A stretch of 63,629 nt of DNA, counting the filler, from Ionaspis alba (taxonomy: Eukaryota): assembly GCA_964255285.1 (NCBI GenBank). It is 2 parts of 2 records of this genome, joined end to end, with 100 filler letters (N's around TTAATTAATTAA, not from the genome) between each part and the next. Parts side by side here need not be neighbours in the genome. Positions count along the whole stretch, not along the records: positions 1 to 31,772 come from CAXUUL010000106.1; 1 more part is not named here. The stretch is one strand, 5' to 3'. The position numbers and the translations under genes are program-made. Positions 1 to 13,962 of this stretch are shown here, one piece after another (position 1 is the first letter of the stretch; each line of letters opens with the position of its first letter). The notes beneath the pieces were generated by a model. It had not been told where the DNA came from, made no database searches, and saw only the letters and a list, made by a program, of their open reading frames with translations.

Positions 1-114
1 AGTTGCTAATACTTTCCTTTCCCATGCGAACCAAGAATCATCCTCTTCATCTTCGCTCCCAGCCTTCAGGCCTGTCCCGCCCTTCGCAAGCCTCTCACTT
101 CGTTCCGTTACTCA

Positions 115-1245
115 TCAGTCATCCTTGTGACATGCGGCTATCGGACCGAGATAGTGCGTGTGACTCTTGCCACGATTCATGCCTTGCCCACTGTTCCCAG
201 CCTCGTTGTACTCCCCAGTTACTACGACTATATCGGCCGGAGATGAAATATCCGGATCCTTCACAGTGTGGCCGCTGATCCAGTACTCCGGCGAGGTGTG
301 CACATATGAGTGTCCGATGACAGGGGGGAGTCTCGGAACTGGATCATTCCCTGCCGTGATCCGATACGACTGTTTGGATTGGGTCGACAGGAAGTGTGCG
401 AGGTTGGAGTTGCCAATACGAGGTGAGCCGAAGGTGTACTGTTTTAGAAATAATGTCAGTCAATCTGTGGAAAAGGGGGACGAGAACGTGAAGACGAGGA
501 CTTGGGTATGGATAACAACGTACGAGCTCTACCACCTCCTCCAGGTGTGGGTTCTTCATCCGCAGCTCTCCGGCCGCCAAGGTCGCAATCGCCGCCCCGA
601 GCGAGTGACCCGTGACTATTACACGGTACTCCGGATACTGTTCGGTCGCATGAATGATGTCCCTGATCAGGACGTCGCGGATCTCCGTCCAGGCATTCCA
701 GAAGCCCTTGTGCACACTGCACTTATAGCACCAGCTGGTCGCTTTCATAGTCGCCTGCAGGTCGGTCTTCCAGTTCGTCCGCGATTCTGAACCCCTAATG
801 GCCGCGACGATGAGCCCATTCTTCTTGTCTATGGCCAAGTACCCCGTATCATCGGTGATTGGAGTGTTTTGAAACTCCCTGCTCTTTGTGAGCATACGAG
901 CAAGATACACAGGTTGTCCAGTCAAACTTACCAGGTCGTCGTCGCGTTGGCGGCTTCCACCAGGGGGCAATTGCCGGATTCACATTTAACGGCCGTGTCC
1001 GGGGAGTCGTTGTTTCGATTACAGTACGCGGCCGCTGCGTACTGGGACATGAAGCGAAAACGGTCGAAGAGGGCTTGAGAGATGCCCTCTGTGGCCGTAT
1101 TAGCCTGGTCGGGCTTGCACGACTTGATGTGCGTAAGGTCGTGGTCGCATTCCCGGCGTTTGATAGACACTGGTAGGGGTGAGGAGCCCACCAGTGTGAG
1201 GAGGAAAGGCGAAAGGAAAAGGAGACGGAGGATGAAAGAAGGCAT
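115..1245 (-). CDS. Secreted class-3 triacylglycerol lipase (spliced)
   Basis: Signal peptide MPSFILRLLFLSPFLLTLVGS plus KRR propeptide site; SQYAAAAYC; AIRGS; GHSLG nucleophile elbow; YTFGSPRIGN; NDPVP Asp; C-terminal SHTHY His. Two canonical GT-AG introns. Confidence 0.93.
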
Positions 1246-1734
1246 TTTCAGAAAGGGTTCTTCGGGAGTGCAGGAAACGGAAACGGAAACGGGGAATGGG
1301 GTTGATCAATGCCGTAATCAATTAATGAAAATGTGTGCTGCAATGAGCAGAGAAGTTCTCTCTGGGCTTCGGATCAGACTTCTCATATTTAGTGACCGCC
1401 ATAAGCATTATTTACAGTTTTGACTGAATGGCAAGCTTTTCTCCCAACAGGCTGCTTCCAATTTTGAAACCATGGTTCCTGCCATGCTCGGTTCTGAACA
1501 TTCAACAAAGATCAGAGCTTGAAAGCTACATGTATATCACTAGCTTCAACATATGAAACAGTGCGAATCGAACAAAAATCAACTTCTGAGAGAGGACAAC
1601 ATGTTCAGGAAAAGTTGTGATGCCTGTAATATCGCTAGTGCCGCATATCTCGCCTAGATCCTCTCGCCGGAGTATCCCGCCAGCGTCTCGTTCTCGCCCC
1701 GCTATCGACTTCCACCCCACTCTACCCCACGCAA

Positions 1735-2580
1735 ATGTCCCACGAACCTTCACTCCCAACAACCAGAACATTCCTGACTTCTCTTGTTGATTCACTCTCC
1801 CATTATCCTCTAGCATCCACTTCTTCCAACGGGCTCGTCTCCAACCCTCTTGCTACAGCATCGCCAGCATTGAAGTCCCTCTTCCTGACACTTCACGTCC
1901 TCTTTCCAAACGAGCTTCTCCCTGCACTCGATGTCCTAGATCGAGGGCTCGTGACGCGCTTTATAGTAGACTACAACTCGGAAACACGCCTTGAGGGTAC
2001 TGAGCAGCCCACTGAGGGACAGGGGCACCAAGAAGATGAAGAAACAGGGACCGGAGAGCCGCATGCAGGTGCCGCAGACGATGCTACCACTAGATTGAGA
2101 ATAGAGCCGCAGGACAGAGTCTACTACGTGCGATCTTCGCAGCCGGTACGCGGCTCACGTTACAGCAACTTTGGCCACGAGAGCGGCGGGGCTGGAGACG
2201 GAGAGAGCGGTAGAGCAGGCGGCGGAATTGGTCTTGGTGGAACAAGCTACGAAGTGCGCCTCACGGCCTGGAATTGCAGCTGCCCGGCCTTTGCTTTCTC
2301 GGCTTTCGGTGGGACTGCAGTCGACTCGGAAGACCAGGAACAAGGACCTGTGAACGACGGGGAGATGGAGGACGAGCAGGGGCAGGGTGATGATTGGATG
2401 GATGACAGCGAATTGGAGTGGCGTTTCGGAGGCGTGATGCGTGGGAAGACGGTACTGGTCTGCAAGCATTTGCTTGCTTGTGTTCTGGTGGAGAGGTGGG
2501 GAGCGTTGGAGAAGCATGTCGAGGTTAGGACGGTGGGAAAGGCCGAGATGGCAGGTTGGGCGGCTGGCTGGGGTGGATGA
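1735..2580 (+). CDS. SWIM zinc-finger protein, Sws1/Shu2/ZSWIM7-like
   Basis: Single 281-aa ORF with WNCSCPAF...VCKHLLAC (CxC...CxH SWIM signature) and N-terminal TLHVLFPNELLPALDVLD. Confidence 0.75.
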   Translation: MSHEPSLPTTRTFLTSLVDSLSHYPLASTSSNGLVSNPLATASPALKSLFLTLHVLFPNELLPALDVLDRGLVTRFIVDYNSETRLEGTEQPTEGQGHQEDEETGTGEPHAGAADDATTRLRIEPQDRVYYVRSSQPVRGSRYSNFGHESGGAGDGESGRAGGGIGLGGTSYEVRLTAWNCSCPAFAFSAFGGTAVDSEDQEQGPVNDGEMEDEQGQGDDWMDDSELEWRFGGVMRGKTVLVCKHLLACVLVERWGALEKHVEVRTVGKAEMAGWAAGWGG

Positions 2581-2970
2581 AGAGGAGAACAAGAGGGCCA
2601 GCGGGCAAAGACAGTGGGAAATGTTCTGAGACCGTGAGAGAGATATTTGATCGTGAGTTCTTCCTCTTGCTTGGCACTATGAGATGCCGTCCTGACGAGT
2701 AAGTCCGAGCACGCGTCTTAGATCCTGACGGAAAGCTGGGTTGGTCTGGTGAGGAAAATGTCAAGGTAGAGTTCTGAACACGGCATATATGGACAAAGAG
2801 AGTAGCACTTCAGAATTAGCTTCTGCGATGGCAGACCTCGCGTCTAAATACTCCCAATGTCGCTGGACGCTGTGCAGCCCTCTATGGTACACCACATGCG
2901 TACGCCGACACCGCCACTTAGGTCTAAAGTACCCTATACAGATTCCCAGGTCCCAGCTTTTTGGTATCTA

Positions 2971-4158
2971 TCACTTCTTCTTCCCTGACTCCTTCGACTT
3001 TTCTTTCCCCGTCGGCTCAGCACCTTCTTTACTTTCCTTGCCTTCCCCGTTCGTAGCTCCGTTCACCTTCTTACCGTCCTTATCTTCCTTTTCCTCCTCC
3101 TTTTTGGCGTCCTTCTCTTCTTGCGCTTGCCGATTCTGAATTTTATTCTCTATCAGGTCATGGAATGCGGTGATGGCTCTTATCAAACTGCTCAGGTAGA
3201 TAGTCATCAGCTGATCGTTGGTCTTGACGCTCATCGCTCGTGCTAGCTCGCTGTTCTCGGTCTGCGACTTGTCTGTGCCGTTGATTTGTGGGGTTGCTTT
3301 GGGAGTCGAGAGATTCGGTAATAAATTGAAAACGTCTTGTAGATTGCCCATGATCGCGTGGTTGACAGGGAGCTCTCCGTCGAGCACTTTTTGCAGATAT
3401 TGCCCGATGTCCCGCAGCCGTAGATGAAGGCCTTGAAGCGATTGAAGTTGTGATGTTATTCGCGTTGAGAGTGTGCCAACTGCAACATCGCGAATGTCTC
3501 GTAATAGATGTTCCACTCCAATTTCCTCCGCTTCCTCCGCTTCGATGACCGATGGCGTATGGACGAAAGTCTTGGTCGTTGTTGTCCCGTCCTGTAAAAG
3601 CGTCAGCCCCTGCCATGATAGCTAATTGGTCGGAGAACATACGTCCTTGATCTCCTCCACTGCAAAGTATGCGTCTGTTGGGACGCCAACTTCCTTCGGC
3701 TGTACATCGATAATGACCAGGAGCGGATTCGGGGTGTATCTTTTGAAAAGCTCGTTGATCTGCAAATCGGACGCTCTCAATTTTGGTCCAGAGTGGTACC
3801 ATCCTATCAGCTTTTCCCGTGCGTTGACCTTCTTGAACATATCGTTCATGGATTCGACATAATTGTGATCCAAAAACCATACTGATGTGTCCTTGTCATC
3901 TTCCTCGAAGGGGACTATTCAAGAGATCCCATGAGCATGGTTCAAAGGAGATAGCCTTGGACTCTTTTACTCACCAGCAAAGCTGTTCGATACTCGTACG
4001 TTCTTGCCATCATTCTGGCCCAGTAGCACACCTACCACCCGCTTCCTTGAGCCTTGTGGCTGTCGACCGAAATGGTCTGCTGCGGAAAGAAGAACTAGTG
4101 GTGCTACAGAGACGTTCCGCGTGACAAGAGATAAGGTCTCTGCTGTCGTAGCAGGCAT
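2971..4158 (-). CDS. RPN8: 26S proteasome lid subunit Rpn8 (MPN domain), 2 introns
   Basis: [78 protein letters not shown]; Lys/Glu-rich tail. Confidence 0.97.
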
Positions 4159-4410
4159 GGTAATGGAGGAGAGACCTAAGGAGTGGTGCGATATCTAGNN
4201 NNNNNNNNNNNNNNNNNNNNNNNNNNNNNNNNNNNNNNNNNNNNNNNNNNNNNNNNNNNNNNNNNNNNNNNNNNNNNNNNNNNNNNNNNNNNNNNNNNAT
4301 ACGCGGCGTGATCGGGTCAACGGCGAGCTCTGGACCTTGGCGGATCAAAGCTTCGGATTTCACAGGTCCTCGGTAGAGTAGCGTTGTTTTCCCGGACTTC
4401 ACTTCCCCCC

Positions 4411-4416
4411 AGCTCC
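4411..4416 (-). promoter_or_regulatory. GGAGCT element in RPN8/ADK1 divergent promoter (putative Rpn4-type proteasome element)
   Basis: AGCTCC on + strand; the same GGAGCTG occurs upstream of PUP3 (48344). A 6-mer can occur by chance. Confidence 0.3.
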
Positions 4417-4521
4417 TACAAAGGTCTTGGGGCCACCACCTTCTGCTCGCAATCACTCTTTCAGACTTTCGGTAGCTTCACAAACACTCTCTACTCTTTA
4501 TATTGCATTTCATCTATTACA

Positions 4522-5539
<1,018 letters not shown>

Positions 5540-5989
5540 GCTTCACAGATCGATTCCTCGACATGTGGCGAGCGAAGTGAGACAGCGTCTAAAGTTCTGT
5601 TGGAATGGCCTGGGAATCATCAGTCGGGGACTAGATATTTTCCTGCACGATTGAGGAGGTAACGGGACGATTATGATGGGTCACTGTGCGGAAAAGCTAT
5701 TCTTTGTGCTTGGCCGAGAGGTGAGCATGTACTCGTACTTTTGTATATAATCCCACTTTCACACGCAACCTGGTGTATGATAATGGATGCATAGACTCGA
5801 GTCTTGCTTATCAATTACCATTAATCGCACGCAAACAAAATGTTAGAGAGCTGAACTCTTAGAGTATGGTAACGTGTGATTATACCATCCTCGGCTAAGT
5901 ACAGGCTTTGATCAGTATAATCGGCTCCGCCCATTTGTCCAATTCCATCTTCGGTGTCGCTTCCTATATACAACATCCATCCACTTCTT

Positions 5990-7464
5990 CTACAAATCCA
6001 AAGGATACTCCGTGCTCTCAATCTTCTCAGGATACTTCAAGCCACCCTGCCGTCTGACCTCATCCATCGTCTCCATAACAACAATACTTTCCGCCCAGGT
6101 CATACCCTCACTCTCTTGCTTCCCGTCCCGCAGACATCTCGCTACCTCGTCGGCTTCCCAGAACATACCATGCCCGTTTGGGATCTCGACATCCACCTCA
6201 TGAACTTTGGGTTGCCCTTCCCCTTTCTTGCCAACACCGATGACACGGTAGTGCGTTGGCCGAAATGCAGGGTGATCCACCTGGATTTCACCCGTGCTGC
6301 CTTGAATACGGATCGCTGGGCCTGAGCTGCCGTGTCTATTTGGATACCTCAGTCAGCAAAATCTGCCTCATTCAACTCAACTTGGAATCTTGGCCATTGA
6401 CCGCTTGAAAGCTGATTTCCCTGAGCTAGAGACTTACCCATCGACATCTGTACCCACGCGCAAGTTTGTCAGCGCTATACCCTGCGATTCATGTTGTTCG
6501 CCACCCGGACCATTGGGGAAGGTAAGAATAATGGACGTCATCTCATCGCAGCCGGTTTGAGGATACTTTGATATTAACGCCAAGACTTTCGGGGGTTTAC
6601 GTTGAGCCGCGGGCAACGTGTGGTAAAGGCATTGGAAAACCCAAGTCAGGGAGTAGATGCCCACTACCCATCTCAGATGTCAGCAAAAGCGTCCAAGCAC
6701 CTTTCAGGTCTGGAAAACACATTGGACAAATCGTACAGTCAAGTAACGCTCCGCCTGCCAAGTCCATATTGAACATTCGGTGCTCGGGGCCCCACGGCCC
6801 ATCAATGGTTTCATTGAAACTCAGATCCGCCTGGACGCGGTGGACAGCACCAATCTCTCCGTTCTCGATCATTTTCCTAACCGAGATGCTCAATGGGAAG
6901 TAGCGCGTCCAGACCGCTTCCATCAGAAATAGCTTCTTCGACTTGGCCGTCTCAATCAATATCTTCGTCTGCGCCGCGTTGACCGTGAAGGCCTTCTCAC
7001 ACAGAACATTTTTCCCAGCTTCGAGACAGAGCATTGTGTTCTGGAAGTGGTGCGAGTGGGGCGTTGCGACGTAAATAACGTCGACATTTGGATCTGCGAC
7101 CAGCTCCTTGTAGGATCCATAGGCTTTTGCGGAGGAGGGGCATTTACAGTCGTCAAGGAATTTCTGAGCGCGATCGGCAGAGGAGGAGGAGGCGGCTGCC
7201 ACGACGGTGTGTTTAACATCGGAGACATTTCGGGTGGAGGGGTCGACGAGGAGGTCTTTGGTAAATGCTGGTTGGGGACTCGGTGTCAATTGAGCTCAAG
7301 CCTCAATACTAGAGACTCACTTGATGCAATCCATCCAGTCGCTATACAGTTGTTAGTTCCTTCCTGATCTGAAGACTACCTTCGCATGAGGAAGAGCGAT
7401 TTGATAGAACAAGGATGAAACACATACCTAAAATGCCCCAGCGGACTGTATGTGGTGTAGACAT
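5990..7464 (-). CDS. Gfo/Idh/MocA oxidoreductase (dimeric dihydrodiol / D-xylose dehydrogenase-like), 4 introns
   Basis: RWGILATGWIA, VDVIYVATPHSHH, VLCEKAFT, LMEAVWTRYFP, GGALLDLGIY, GMFWEADE. Confidence 0.92.
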
Positions 7465-8133
7465 TTCTCTGCTGTTCATAAAACAGTTCTATGAGTTACA
7501 GCTCAAAACAACGAAAACCTCTGGGAAGGAGTAAGATGATCTTGCTGCTCTGGGGAATAACATACGTCGACTATAAAACCGTCGTGACTCGGATTTTTTG
7601 GCGGGGAACAATGTGGGGCATTCCCAACTCTCAGCGACGTCAACCGGGTCAACATTAATCGAGTCCCAAGTCGTCACACGAGGCGCATAAACAGAAATCG
7701 TTGCCGAGCATAATTGGCATAACAAATACCTTGAAAATCCCCGGTGGGCCTCCAGCTAGGGACACGGCTGGAGTGGATAAGAAACCACCCCGCTAAAAAG
7801 TCCCCGGCCTCTTACCCGTCGTGCTAAAAATGCACGGCAACGAATTCTGTCCATGCGCCTCGAACTTCGGGAAAGCACGTTTGTCTTTTCATGTACCCCA
7901 GGAAACCAGGACGCACCAACCCCCTAAACTCCGCTGACTGCTCAACTTTAGGGGCTCCTCTTACGGGTCGTGCCGCTAAAACGCTAGGATTTTATGCGCG
8001 CCAAACTGTTTGCCCGTGCTTGCGGCTTGCAGGTGGCACAGTAGCTACAAGGCAAGCTCGTGTTACATCCGAGCCCCGGCATATCAGACGTTTCTGCACA
8101 CGGAGAATCGTCAACGTTGCTGCATGCATGCAC

Positions 8134-8343
8134 GACTAATATCACTACTGAGACAACTCAAGGGCTTTGTCAATTTCAATTGATGCGCNNNNNNNNNNNN
8201 NNNNNNNNNNNNNNNNNNNNNNNNNNNNNNNNNNNNNNNNNNNNNNNNNNNNNNNNNNNNNNNNNNNNNNNNNNNNNNNNNNNNNNNNGACTAATATCAC
8301 TACTGAGACAACTCAAGGGCTTTGTCAATTTCAATTGATGCGC
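8134..8343. repeat. Exact 55-nt direct duplication either side of a 100-N gap (assembly artefact)
   Basis: 8134-8188 equals 8289-8343. The same pattern occurs at 11325-11379/11480-11534, 20790-20844/20945-20999, 38628-38682/38783-38837 and 53542-53596/53697-53751. Confidence 0.9.
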
Positions 8344-9000
8344 TATTTCCCCAGACGGAATATTAATGCTGGAGCATGGCATGCCCAGAAGTTCGATGGT
8401 GCGGCCAGACCGGAAGCGAAGTCTAGAACGGGAATGCGGACATGTTTTGCATGCTGCCAGTCCTTGATATTGTGAATGAACATGAACGTCGCCACAGTGT
8501 TTGGTGGAGCTTGCCCCTCGCTGTTACTTGTTCTGTTGAGTGAGCGAACCGAGAGCGTCACAATCAAACGAGATAGTCCCTCGTCCCTTCCTATCGGGAC
8601 AATATTTCCATTCATGTTTGCCTTGTCAAGATGCCCGGCTTCTATTGCTGCTACGTTCATGTCTGTGCCAAATCGAGCCAGAAGATCGAGTAATGATCCC
8701 GTTGTCTTTATATGTCTGTCAATGCTCGTCTTTCTGTCCAATGATTTCAATTCTCGCCAGAAATTGCATCTTCCGGAGGATTCCCCGAATATGGGAACAT
8801 ACATGGCAGTGCTTAACTTCATCACAATGAGTTATTAGATATCGGGTATCGCATATCGCTTACTCGGGCTCATGCCCAGCAGAACCTAGAGGGGCAAAGC
8901 TTAATGCACCGTTGAGCAACGATTTAGGTTTTAGATATATAAAGGCAGAAATGGCCGGTGTCCCCATCGAATTTCTCCCGGAATTCTGGCAGCAAAGAGC

Positions 9001-11014
9001 ATGGACAAACTATTTTCATCCGTTCACGTCAGTATGGCAGACTCGATGCTCGCAGTGACCTGTCTGGTATGGTGTGAGAAAGCCAGAATCAAGGGGTCTA
9101 GTTGACGGTGTTTTGCAGCTCCTGATATTCGTCTTGGCCAGGCTTGTGTACCTTTACGCATTTCATCCTCTGGCTGGCTTTCCTGGCCCACTCCTTGGCC
9201 CAGCTACAAATGTAAGATTTCTATACCGTATAGTTCAGCTTGTTGTGTCTGACAGTGATGCATAGGGATGGTGGTACTACACTTTGCTTCGTGGACGAGG
9301 TCCATGGGACAATCAGGAGTGGCATAAGAAATACGGTCAGGCTCCGTGCTACTTTTTGCAACTGCTCCATCATGCTCACTCAAATTGTGTTACATAGGCC
9401 ATATCGTGCGCATTGCACCAAATCACCTTAGCTTTGCTGATCACAGCGCTCAAAAAGTGATCTATGGTTTCGGGACCAAATCCGTGCCGTCCATGGAGAA
9501 GGACCCTATATTCTCTACCCCAGAGGTTGATCATTCTATGAACATCCTCAACGAGATTGATAAAGAAGAGCATGCACGCATGCGTCGTATGCTCAGTCAT
9601 GCCTTCAGCAACGGCAACCTCCTTGAGAATGAGGATGTCTTGATTCGCCGCATCAATGACTTCTTAACAACCATTGGGAGTGTCACGTTCGAGGACGGGA
9701 AGAGAGGCATCAATATAGTTCGCGAGTTCAATTATGTCACGTTCAACATCATGGGTGTGTAGAGTCACCATAAGTCCATTGATTGTCAATCCAACTTTCA
9801 AGCAAAAGAATCCGGCTAACCTTTTTCCATGTGTACAGGGGAGATGTCCTTCGGTGAATCTTTTGAGCCAAGACTGGCAGAACAGCCAGGTCAGTGGTTG
9901 TACCTAAGTACTTCGAAATCTATTTGCTGACCATATTCAGAACACCGCTATCACTGGGCGGACGTGATCGTCAGATCGACCTACATGAACGATGTCATGC
10001 GTGCTGTAACGGTCATTCCGGGTCTATTCTCATTCCTAGAATGGTACATTCCCACGCACAGCAAGAAGACGTTGTACAGACATGCAGAATATGCCACTGA
10101 GCATACACAAGCGTAAGCATGACCTTTCTGGAGCCTGCTCCTTGGACATAATAGAGATAACGTGCCACACAGTCGGCTCAAGATAACCACAACGCGCAAA
10201 GATTTCATGTCCTACATTATGAACGCCAAAGGTCCTGCTGCAACTCCCAAGGAAATTGCCTCCCACTACAATGTCATGATGATGGCTGGTGCTGTCACGA
10301 CCGCCACCTTCCTATCTGCGGTGCTCTATTACCTCTGCGACAACACCGCGGCGCTTGGCAAACTACAATCCGAGATCCGGACCACGTTCTCGAGCCTTGA
10401 AGATATTACGTCCAGAGCCCTCGTCGAATGCAAATACCTAAACGCCGTTATCGAGGAAGGTTTGCGTATCTATCCGCCCGCTGGAGCAGCTCATCTGTCG
10501 AGGATAGTGCCGAAGGGTGGGGCGGAGATTGCCGGGCGGTGGATTCCGGGCGGAGTATGCTGATGTCTTCCTAAATTGTTTACTGCAACGACACTGATCC
10601 ATTTATCTTTCAGACCCGTGTATCCGTTCACCCATGGTCCATCATTCGCGATCCAAACAACTTCCACGACCCTGCGGCCTTCGTCCCCGAACGCTGGCTA
10701 CCGGCCGAAAAGGCTGGGCAAAGGGGCGACAGGTTGGAGACGAGTCTGCCGTTCTCGTACGGGCCGAGAGGGTGCTTGGGTAAGAAGTTAGTTTGCCACG
10801 TGGATTTCACAATGTAGACTTAGCGGCTGACTCGTCGTACGAATCTAGTCTAGCGTACCTCGAGATGAGAATGGTGCTCGCACGGATGTTCTGGAAGTAC
10901 GATATCGTGTGGTTCAATGGTGACGAGATTGACTGGGAGAGGGATAGTTCGGGGTATACTTTATGGGAAAAGCCAAACCTTAGGGTTTTGTTCCGGGAGA
11001 GGGACTTCGCTTAA
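9001..11014 (+). CDS. Cytochrome P450 monooxygenase (CYP65-like), about 8 introns
   Basis: N-terminal TM plus FHPLAGFPGP, VRIAPNHLSF, I-helix AGAVTTAT, K-helix EEGLR, PERW, heme motif PFSYGPRGCLG; a spliced frame could be followed to TAA at 11014. Confidence 0.93.
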
Positions 11015-11621
11015 AGGGAGGACGTGACTCGTGCATGAGTGGGTTGCTTCTTGCGATTGCTGCGTAAACGGTTGCTTTGCTTTACAGTATATCTACCCAT
11101 AGAGTCTATGGCTTTGGAGCTTCACATGGTACCGCAAGATCGGATTCGTTCAATGAAATTTGCTCCTAGATACAAAATAGAACGTTTAGGTGTAATCACA
11201 TCTTCGAGTCACCTCATTGCATGTTTGAAAAGAGTTTTTCATTTCACTAAAGCGGTTCTAGAGAAGACCGACACAATGGACAAGATATGGACAGCGAACT
11301 AGATGGGTAGACATCTGAAGACGGCCTTGTCTAATGCCCGCAAGACGCGCCATGCATGCATAGAAATGAGAGATGAGATNNNNNNNNNNNNNNNNNNNNN
11401 NNNNNNNNNNNNNNNNNNNNNNNNNNNNNNNNNNNNNNNNNNNNNNNNNNNNNNNNNNNNNNNNNNNNNNNNNNNNNNNCCTTGTCTAATGCCCGCAAGA
11501 CGCGCCATGCATGCATAGAAATGAGAGATGAGATGAATCTAGAAGGGGCCATACGCGGAGCGCGAATGTAAAAGGCAAGGATTCAAAGGGAATCGAGCAT
11601 AGTCACTCGCATCAGAGCAAT

Positions 11622-13962
11622 TCAGCCAAGACTGTCTCGCTTGAGCTTTGCAGGTGAAGGATTATTTGCCGCTGCCTGCTTGTTGGTCAGCTATATTTGT
11701 AGACAAAGCGCGTATAGAGAGTACTCACCTCAGCTTTTCGTTTCCCTAGCACCGAGTCCGGTGTTCCAGTCCTCAGCGGCGTGTTACCGCCGTCATTTTT
11801 GAGCTCAGAATAGCAACTAGCATGGTAGACCCGATTTCCGATTTTCCGAGCATCCATCCAGACAAAGTCCTGCAGTTCATCGTTCCATGAGGGTTGGAAT
11901 TTTTCCTGACATATAGGGCAGGGTAGACTAGCTAGAGGGTCTTCACTAGGGGCAGGAATGACATGGGTCTTGGGATCATTCTTGGCTGCAGCTGCAGCTG
12001 CTAAGGCCTTTTTATCCGTCGCACCACTTGAGGAACCATCAATGCCCTCCTCAGCGTTCTCTCGAGACCTGATCCATTCCTGTACGACTCATGTCAGATT
12101 GATCGCACCGAGTTGATGGGATGAGAAATACTGACCATCTCGTCCACATACCAGCTCCGACTCTGACCTCGCTTTGCAGAGTCCGCAAGTCGTTGGTTCG
12201 TCCGGAAATGCCAGTCAAGGTGACGTGCCTTCCTCGTCTTACCGTCCTCCGTAGCGAAGAATCGCTTGCCGCAAGTGGAACATTGATTTGGCCGGGCTTC
12301 ATAAAGCTTCGATATCAGGTGGCGTCTGGGTCTGTTACGTGGTGAGCATCCAGCGACTAAATACCGTTCTTGGAACTTACATCTTTAGAGAGGCAGAATT
12401 CAAAGTGACGTCGTTCTGATTTGATAACGTGGGTCGTTGCACCAGATTGGCAAGCTGTAATGGTGGAGTATTGACCATGTGCTGTGGAGCCGGTACATAT
12501 GGTAATGAAGGATGGGGAGAGCCTGAGTACCCATTCATGGGTGAGTTCCCTGAGGGTAATAGCATTCCAGCAGCTCGTAAAGAGGCGATGAGCGGATTTT
12601 CGGTTGATGCAGTAGCTGGTGTTGAGGAAATGGTAGGTTGGGAGATGGGTATCAAAGGTGATTGTGGCGGGAGCGGTGGGATTGATGATGGGACTGGTGC
12701 TGCCTGTTGACTTCTTGCTGCTGAAGCCAGTAGATCCGCCAGAGTAGTCGCAGAAGGAATAGCAGGTACGCTAGGCTGTTGTTGATATGTGACCTGTACT
12801 GGTGGTGCGACTGTAATCATTGGTGGTGCAGGTGGCGGCGCAGACGTTAAGGGTGGATTTTTCAGTTGGCTGACTTGATCATGCACGGCCTGAAGCTGAC
12901 CTGGTAGCAATTGTTGCGTTTTCAGAGCAACTTGTAGCTGAAGTAGCGCTGTCAATCGTGTCTGAATACTTTCGTCGTAGGGATTGTTCGCAAATTCGCT
13001 TCTTTCCTTGTAGATGAGGTTCTCAACATCTTTATGGAGATACTCGGGGTTCGGTAAGTACTGAGGCTGGTTCGAGTAGGTGTTTGGCAATTGTACTGGC
13101 GGCGAGTATTGAGCTGGTGGAGCTGGTAATGGAACGTGGCCGTTGTATGGAGGATATGGAGACTGCAACTTAGGATTGATTAGACAGACACAGGAAGAAG
13201 CACCAAAAGTACATACCTGGCCGTTGCTATTCACGCTCTGTTGTTGTACGTAGCCTTGCGGGACAGGAGGAGGATAGCGGACAACAGTTTGAGGGGGAGT
13301 GGGTGTGTTGCGGTATGGTGCGGCAGGTGTGGTGGATGGAGCTCTTCGCCGCAGTAGCTCATGCTGGCTTCGTCTCTGCTGCTCCTGTTGCTGTACGGCC
13401 AAAGTTCTAGCCTGGATGAGTGCAGTCTCGATCTTCTTGGTTACGTCGGTACCGAAGACAGGTCTGGGGTCAATGGAACCTGGAACCGGACTTTTCCAGG
13501 TTCTCAGCATCTCGTCCAGCTTCTTCCTGGTCTGCGGTTCTACCAGCGTGTAGGCATTCATAAATATACCGTAAAGACGACTGCCAAGGAACAACGTATA
13601 CGGAGTTCCAATGTTCTTGGCAATGGAGTCCACGACGTACAAGGCAGGTAGCTTACGCAAGGGAGGTGCCTGGGTATGGTCAGCGATGTATTGCTCTCAT
13701 GTACAGTCGCAAAGGATCTAGTTGGAGAGCTTGTCGGAATTTCTAAGGTCTAGCATGGTTAGAGCGAATGACTTACGTTACGAATGTGCTCGCCGATGAC
13801 CTTAGATATTGCTTCAGCATGCTCGATGTTTTCCTTAGCTATGACTGTTAAGTTGTTGATGGCGTATCTGTCGTTGGTAGTCAAAAATTCAAGAGAGGAT
13901 TTGTAGTCCTCGGCTACCTCTTCGGATGTGACCAGCACTTCGTGAGATTGTCCAGAAGACAT
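11622..13962 (-). CDS. PCF11: mRNA cleavage/polyadenylation factor Pcf11 (CID plus zinc finger)
   Basis: DYKSSLEFLTTNDRYAINNLTVIAKEN, KLPALYVVDSIAKNIGTPY, C-terminal CPICQEKF...YHASC. Confidence 0.92.

Noticed and set aside
1272..1300. GGAAAC x3 micro-repeat
   Set aside because: A short simple repeat in the lipase 5' UTR; no evidence of function.
4384..4521. Non-AUG N-terminal extension of ADK1
   Set aside because: The frame is open from a TTG but is not presequence-like; the ATG at 4522 has good context.
8343..8838. Overlapping 160-aa and 120-aa ORFs upstream of the P450
   Set aside because: No motifs, splice pattern or recognisable domain; probably promoter DNA.
8121..11361. P450 as cargo of a mobile element (CATGCATGCA near both flanking gaps)
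   Set aside because: Only short self-complementary words; no transposase, TIRs or TSD, and the 55-nt duplications are assembly artefacts.
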